Assembly: GCF_006345805.1 (NCBI RefSeq)
Contig: NC_042997.1
Location: 15,004,001-15,068,000 of the forward strand
Direction of reading: 5' to 3'
Length of the DNA stretch: 64,000 bases
Source: Octopus sinensis
Lineage: Eukaryota
The first letter of the stretch is position 1; every line of letters begins with the position of its first letter. The notes below the pieces were generated by a model, which saw only the letters and a program-made list of their open reading frames with translations, made no database searches and was not told where the DNA came from. Below, piece after piece: positions 60,545-64,000 of this stretch. The position numbers and the translations under genes were made by a program.

Positions 60545-60610
60545 TTAAATATCCTTTCTCTACACTCTGTGTTCAAACCATGATGGTTTTCTTTTTTCCT
60601 GAGTTCATTG

Positions 60611-61017
60611 TACTCTTTTACTTGTTTCAGTCATTTGACTGCAGTCATGCTGGAGCACCGCCTTTAATCGAGCAACTCTACCCCAGGACTTATTCTTTGT
60701 AAACCAAGTACTTATTCTATCGGTCCCTTTTGCCGAACTGCTAAGTTACAGGGACATAAACACACCAGCATCAGTTGTCAAGCGATGTTGGGGGACAAAC
60801 ACAGACACACAAACATATACACACACATACATATATATATATATACATATATACAACAGGCTTCTTTCAGTTTCTGTCTACCAAATCCACTCACAAGGTT
60901 TTGGTGGGCCCGAGGCTATAGCAGAAGACACTTGCCCAAGATGCCATGCAGTGGGACTGAACCTGGAACCATGTGGTTGGTAAGTAAGCTACTTACCACA
61001 AAGCCACTCCTGCGCCT
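60611..61017 (-). mobile_element. SINE family A, full length, joined to a U6 copy
   Basis: Reverse complement of family A; the 5' end AGGCGCAGGAGTGG is at 61017. Confidence 0.92.
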
Positions 61018-61018
61018 G

Positions 61019-61123
61019 AAAAATATGGAACGCTTCACAAATATGCATGTCATCCTTGCACAGGGGCCATGCTAATCTTCTTTGTATCGTTCCAATTTTA
61101 GAATATGTACCGCTGTAGCATAC
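61019..61123 (-). pseudogene. U6: U6 snRNA pseudogene / retrocopy, near full length
   Basis: Minus strand GTATGCTACAGCGGTACATATTCTAAAATTGGAACGATACAAAGAAGATTAGCATGGCCCCTGTGCAAGGATGACATGCATATTTGTGAAGCGTTCCATATTTTT aligns end to end with metazoan U6. The ACAGAGA box is mutated to ACAAAGA and several CpGs have decayed. Confidence 0.93.
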
Positions 61124-61353
61124 AAATAGTGAGAGTACATATGAGTCCCATTAAACCAACTAAATATGACAAATTTGAAAAGAAATTTCCCCTGGATGTA
61201 ATTAAAAGCTTTGTAGAAAGACTCAAAACTGAGCCATCAGATTACAAAGTTCAAGTCACAACACAGCACAGCATCGTTCATGTAAGAGGCTGAGTTATTG
61301 AGCCATCAATAATCAGACATCACATCATAGATCATTCTAGATCTTTCTGGAAT

Positions 61354-61746
61354 AGGCACTGGAGTAGCTGTGTGGTAAGTAGCTTGTTTACCAACCACAT
61401 GGTTCCGGGTTCAGTCCCACTGCGTAGCACCTTGGGCAAGTGTCTTCTACTATAGCCTCAGGCCGACCAAAGCCTTGTGAGTGGATTTGGTAGATGGAAA
61501 CTGAAAGAATCCTATCGTATATATGTATGTGTGTGTGTATATGTTTGTGTGTCTATGTTTGTTCCCCCAACATCATTTAACAACCGATGGTAGTGTTTAC
61601 GTCCCCGTAACTTAGCTGTTCAGCAAAAAAGACCAATAGAATAAGTACTAGGCTTCCAAAGAATAAGTCCTGGGGTCGATTTGCTCAACTAAAGGCGGTG
61701 CTCCAGCAAGGCTGAAGTCAAATGACTGAAACAAGTAAAAGAGTAA
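61354..61746 (+). mobile_element. SINE family A, full length
   Basis: Family A from head to tail. Confidence 0.92.
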
Positions 61747-61988
61747 TGTCTTGGTTTAAAGGTTATATAAAGGCTTGTTTTTAGTAGCAACCTTTAGTGT
61801 GTGGCAACCCATGGTCCAGCTTCACACACTCTTGCTGTTTATAATAGCCATTTTCACAACCTCTACTCAATCTGGATGTGTCATTATAGTTGGCTACAGA
61901 CAATGGATATTAAATGATGATGATGATGATGTGTATATTTTCTCCTGTTTTGATGAGCTTAAGTACGGAGTTTTTATGATCAACTCTC

Positions 61989-62219
61989 TTACTCTTTACT
62001 CTTTTACTCTTTTACTTGTTTCAGTCATTTGACTGCAGCCATGCTGGAGCACTGCCTTTAGTCGAGCAAATCGACCCCGGGACTTATTCTTTGTAAGCCC
62101 AGTACTTATTCTATCGGTCTCTATTGCCGAACCGCTAAGTGACAGGGACATAAACACACCAGCATCGGTTGTCAAGCAATGCTAGGGGGACAAACACATA
62201 CACACAAAAACACACACAT

Positions 62220-62250
<31 letters not shown>

Positions 62251-62440
62251 CGACAGGCTTCATTCAGTTTCCGTCTACCAAATCTACTCACAAGGCATTG
62301 GTCGGCCTGGGGCTATAGCAGAAGACACTTGCCCAAGATGCCACGCAGTGGGACTGAACCCAGAACCATGTGGTTGGTTAGCAAGCTACTTACCACACAG
62401 CCACTCCTGCGCCTATCCACACAGCCACTCCTGCGCCTAT
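61989..62440 (-). mobile_element. SINE family A, full length, with a 24-bp duplicated 5' end
   Basis: Tail repeats of the TACTCTTT type; ccacacagccactcctgcgcctat occurs twice. Confidence 0.92.
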
Positions 62441-62537
62441 GAACTATTTATGAATGCTACAGAACTATTCTTTCAATTGTCTTAACTTATTGTGGAACCT
62501 TTCTAATTCATGTCCAGCCTAATATTACTCATACATA

Positions 62538-62745
62538 GCAGGCAGAATTGTTAAAATGTTGGGCAAAATGCTTTGCAGCATTTAGTCTGTCTATATGTTC
62601 TGAGTTGAAATTCCGCCAAGGTTGACTTTGCCTTTTATCCCTTCTGGGTTGATAAAATAGGTACCAGTTGTGTACTTGGGTCGATGTATTCAACTCATTC
62701 CCTCCTCCAGAATTGCTGGCCTTGTGCCAAAATATGAAACCATTA
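62538..62745 (+). mobile_element. SINE family D, degenerate
   Basis: Family D central domain. Confidence 0.72.
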
Positions 62746-62836
62746 TTAAATGTTCACATGGTGTTGTTACATCATTTATATGCAGCCTTACCTATAGATC
62801 ACCCATTAGTGACAGCCTTAACTAGAGAAAGTAAGT

Positions 62837-63222
62837 TGATGCCAGTGCCCCTTGACTGGCTCCCATGCCGGTGGCATGCAAAAAGCACCATCTGAACGTG
62901 ACTGATGCCAGGTCCACCTGACTGGCTCCTGTGCTGGTGACACGTAAAAAGCAGTATCCGAACGTGGTTGATGCCAATGCCCCCTGACTGGCTCCCATAA
63001 AAAGCATTATCTGAACGTGATCAATGCCAGGGCTGCCTGACTGGTTCCTGTGCTGGTGGCACAAAAAAAGCATCCACTACACTCTCGGAGTGGTTGGCAT
63101 TAGGAAGGGCATCCAACTGTAGAAACATTGCCAGACCAGATTGGAGCCTAGTGCAGCCACTGGCTTTCCAGACCTCAGTCAAACCGTCCAACCCATGCCA
63201 GCATGGAAAACGAACATTAAAC

Positions 63223-63255
<33 letters not shown>
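62837..63255 (+). mobile_element. RTE 3' UTR fragment (family E) with 4 units and a long (GAT)n tail
   Basis: gccagtgcccc.tgactggctccc..ggtggcac..aaaaagcacc repeats. Confidence 0.86.
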
Positions 63256-63257
<2 letters not shown>

Positions 63258-63342
63258 GGTTTATCATGCAAATTAAAGAGCCAAATGAGATACTTTATGG
63301 TCTTTAAGGTTTGATGCTGTCGTGTTCTGAGTTCAAATCCTA

Positions 63343-63512
63343 GCATCATCATCATCTTCATCATCATTGTTTAGCATCCATTGTCCATGCTGGTATGAGT
63401 TGGATGGTTTTACCAGGCCTGGTAGGCCGAGGGGCTGCACCAGACTCCAGTCTAATTTGACATGCTTTCTACAGTTGGATGTCCTTACTAATACCAACCA
63501 CTCCGAGAGTGT
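63343..63512 (-). mobile_element. RTE 3' UTR fragment (family E), tail-to-tail with the 62837 copy
   Basis: (CAT)n tail and family E motifs. Confidence 0.8.
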
Positions 63513-63513
63513 A

Positions 63514-63523
63514 ATATATACAT

Positions 63524-63575
<52 letters not shown>

Positions 63576-63578
63576 GAT

Positions 63579-63634
<56 letters not shown>

Positions 63635-63680
63635 GTAGATAAACAGACATACAAATATACGGACAGACAGACAGATAGAT
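63514..63680. repeat. Compound microsatellite (CA)n(TA)n(GA)n(GATA)n
   Basis: Visible directly in the sequence. Confidence 0.95.
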
Positions 63681-63699
63681 GTGTGGGGGGGAAGTTAAT

Positions 63700-63935
63700 G
63701 TTGTGTTTGTCTTATGTGATAGTTGCAAATAATTGTTACCATCATGCAAGCTGTGTCCTTTGCTTCTAATCTTCCATGAACACATGTCTGGTTATGGGGA
63801 AACATTAGCTTACTTGGAAACGGGTGAGAGTTGGCAACAGGAAAGGTATCTGGCTGTAGAAAAAAATCCATCTCAACAAATTCTGTCTGACCCATGCAAG
63901 CATAGAAAAGTGGACGTTAAAACAATGATGATAAC
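63700..63935 (+). mobile_element. 3' part of a family G SINE with an RTE-like tail
   Basis: gggtgagagttggcaacaggaaaggtatctggctgtagaaaa...cccatgcaagcatagaaaagtggacgttaaaac, then (gat)n. Confidence 0.65.
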
Positions 63936-64000
63936 GATTAGATTAAATGTGTTATCTTTTCTTCACCTTGTAAGTGTTTCTAATTAGATTTTTCATGCTC

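Noticed and set aside
61019-61123. Functional U6 snRNA gene
   Set aside because: The ACAGAGA box is mutated, CpGs have decayed, the 5' stem is damaged and there is no clear upstream promoter.

Overview
This is AT-rich eukaryotic genomic DNA dense in repeats. The SINE, LINE and MITE repertoire and the (TA/TG) microsatellites point to a cephalopod, most likely Octopus; this is inferred from repeat recognition, not from a search. The window holds one protein-coding gene, a TRAF2-like gene on the + strand with six coding exons: join(698..921,17336..17426,18617..18721,34514..34591,36391..36453,39324..40058), 1296 nt, 431 aa. Its domains are a C3HC4 RING, only three TRAF zinc fingers, a short proline-interrupted coiled coil and a TRAF-C/MATH domain. 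The rest is intronic or intergenic and filled with tRNA-derived SINEs (called A-D here), 5'-truncated RTE, CR1 and L2-group LINE ends, decayed mariner (DD34D) and maT (DD37D) transposons, Helitron fragments, TTAA-flanked piggyBac-like MITEs, a hAT MITE and Penelope-like fold-backs. The most notable observations are: (1) a near full-length decayed U6 snRNA joined directly to the 5' end of a SINE (61019-61123, minus strand), resembling a U6 chimeric retrocopy; (2) tandem hairpin plus pseudoknot units in the RTE 3' UTR; (3) a LINE and SINE sharing a 3' stem-loop with compensatory changes; (4) a Penelope-type hammerhead core; and (5) the reduced TRAF2 architecture. Most ORFs in the supplied track are repeat-derived artefacts. 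Repeat boundaries were read by eye and are approximate unless a TSD or TIR is cited.
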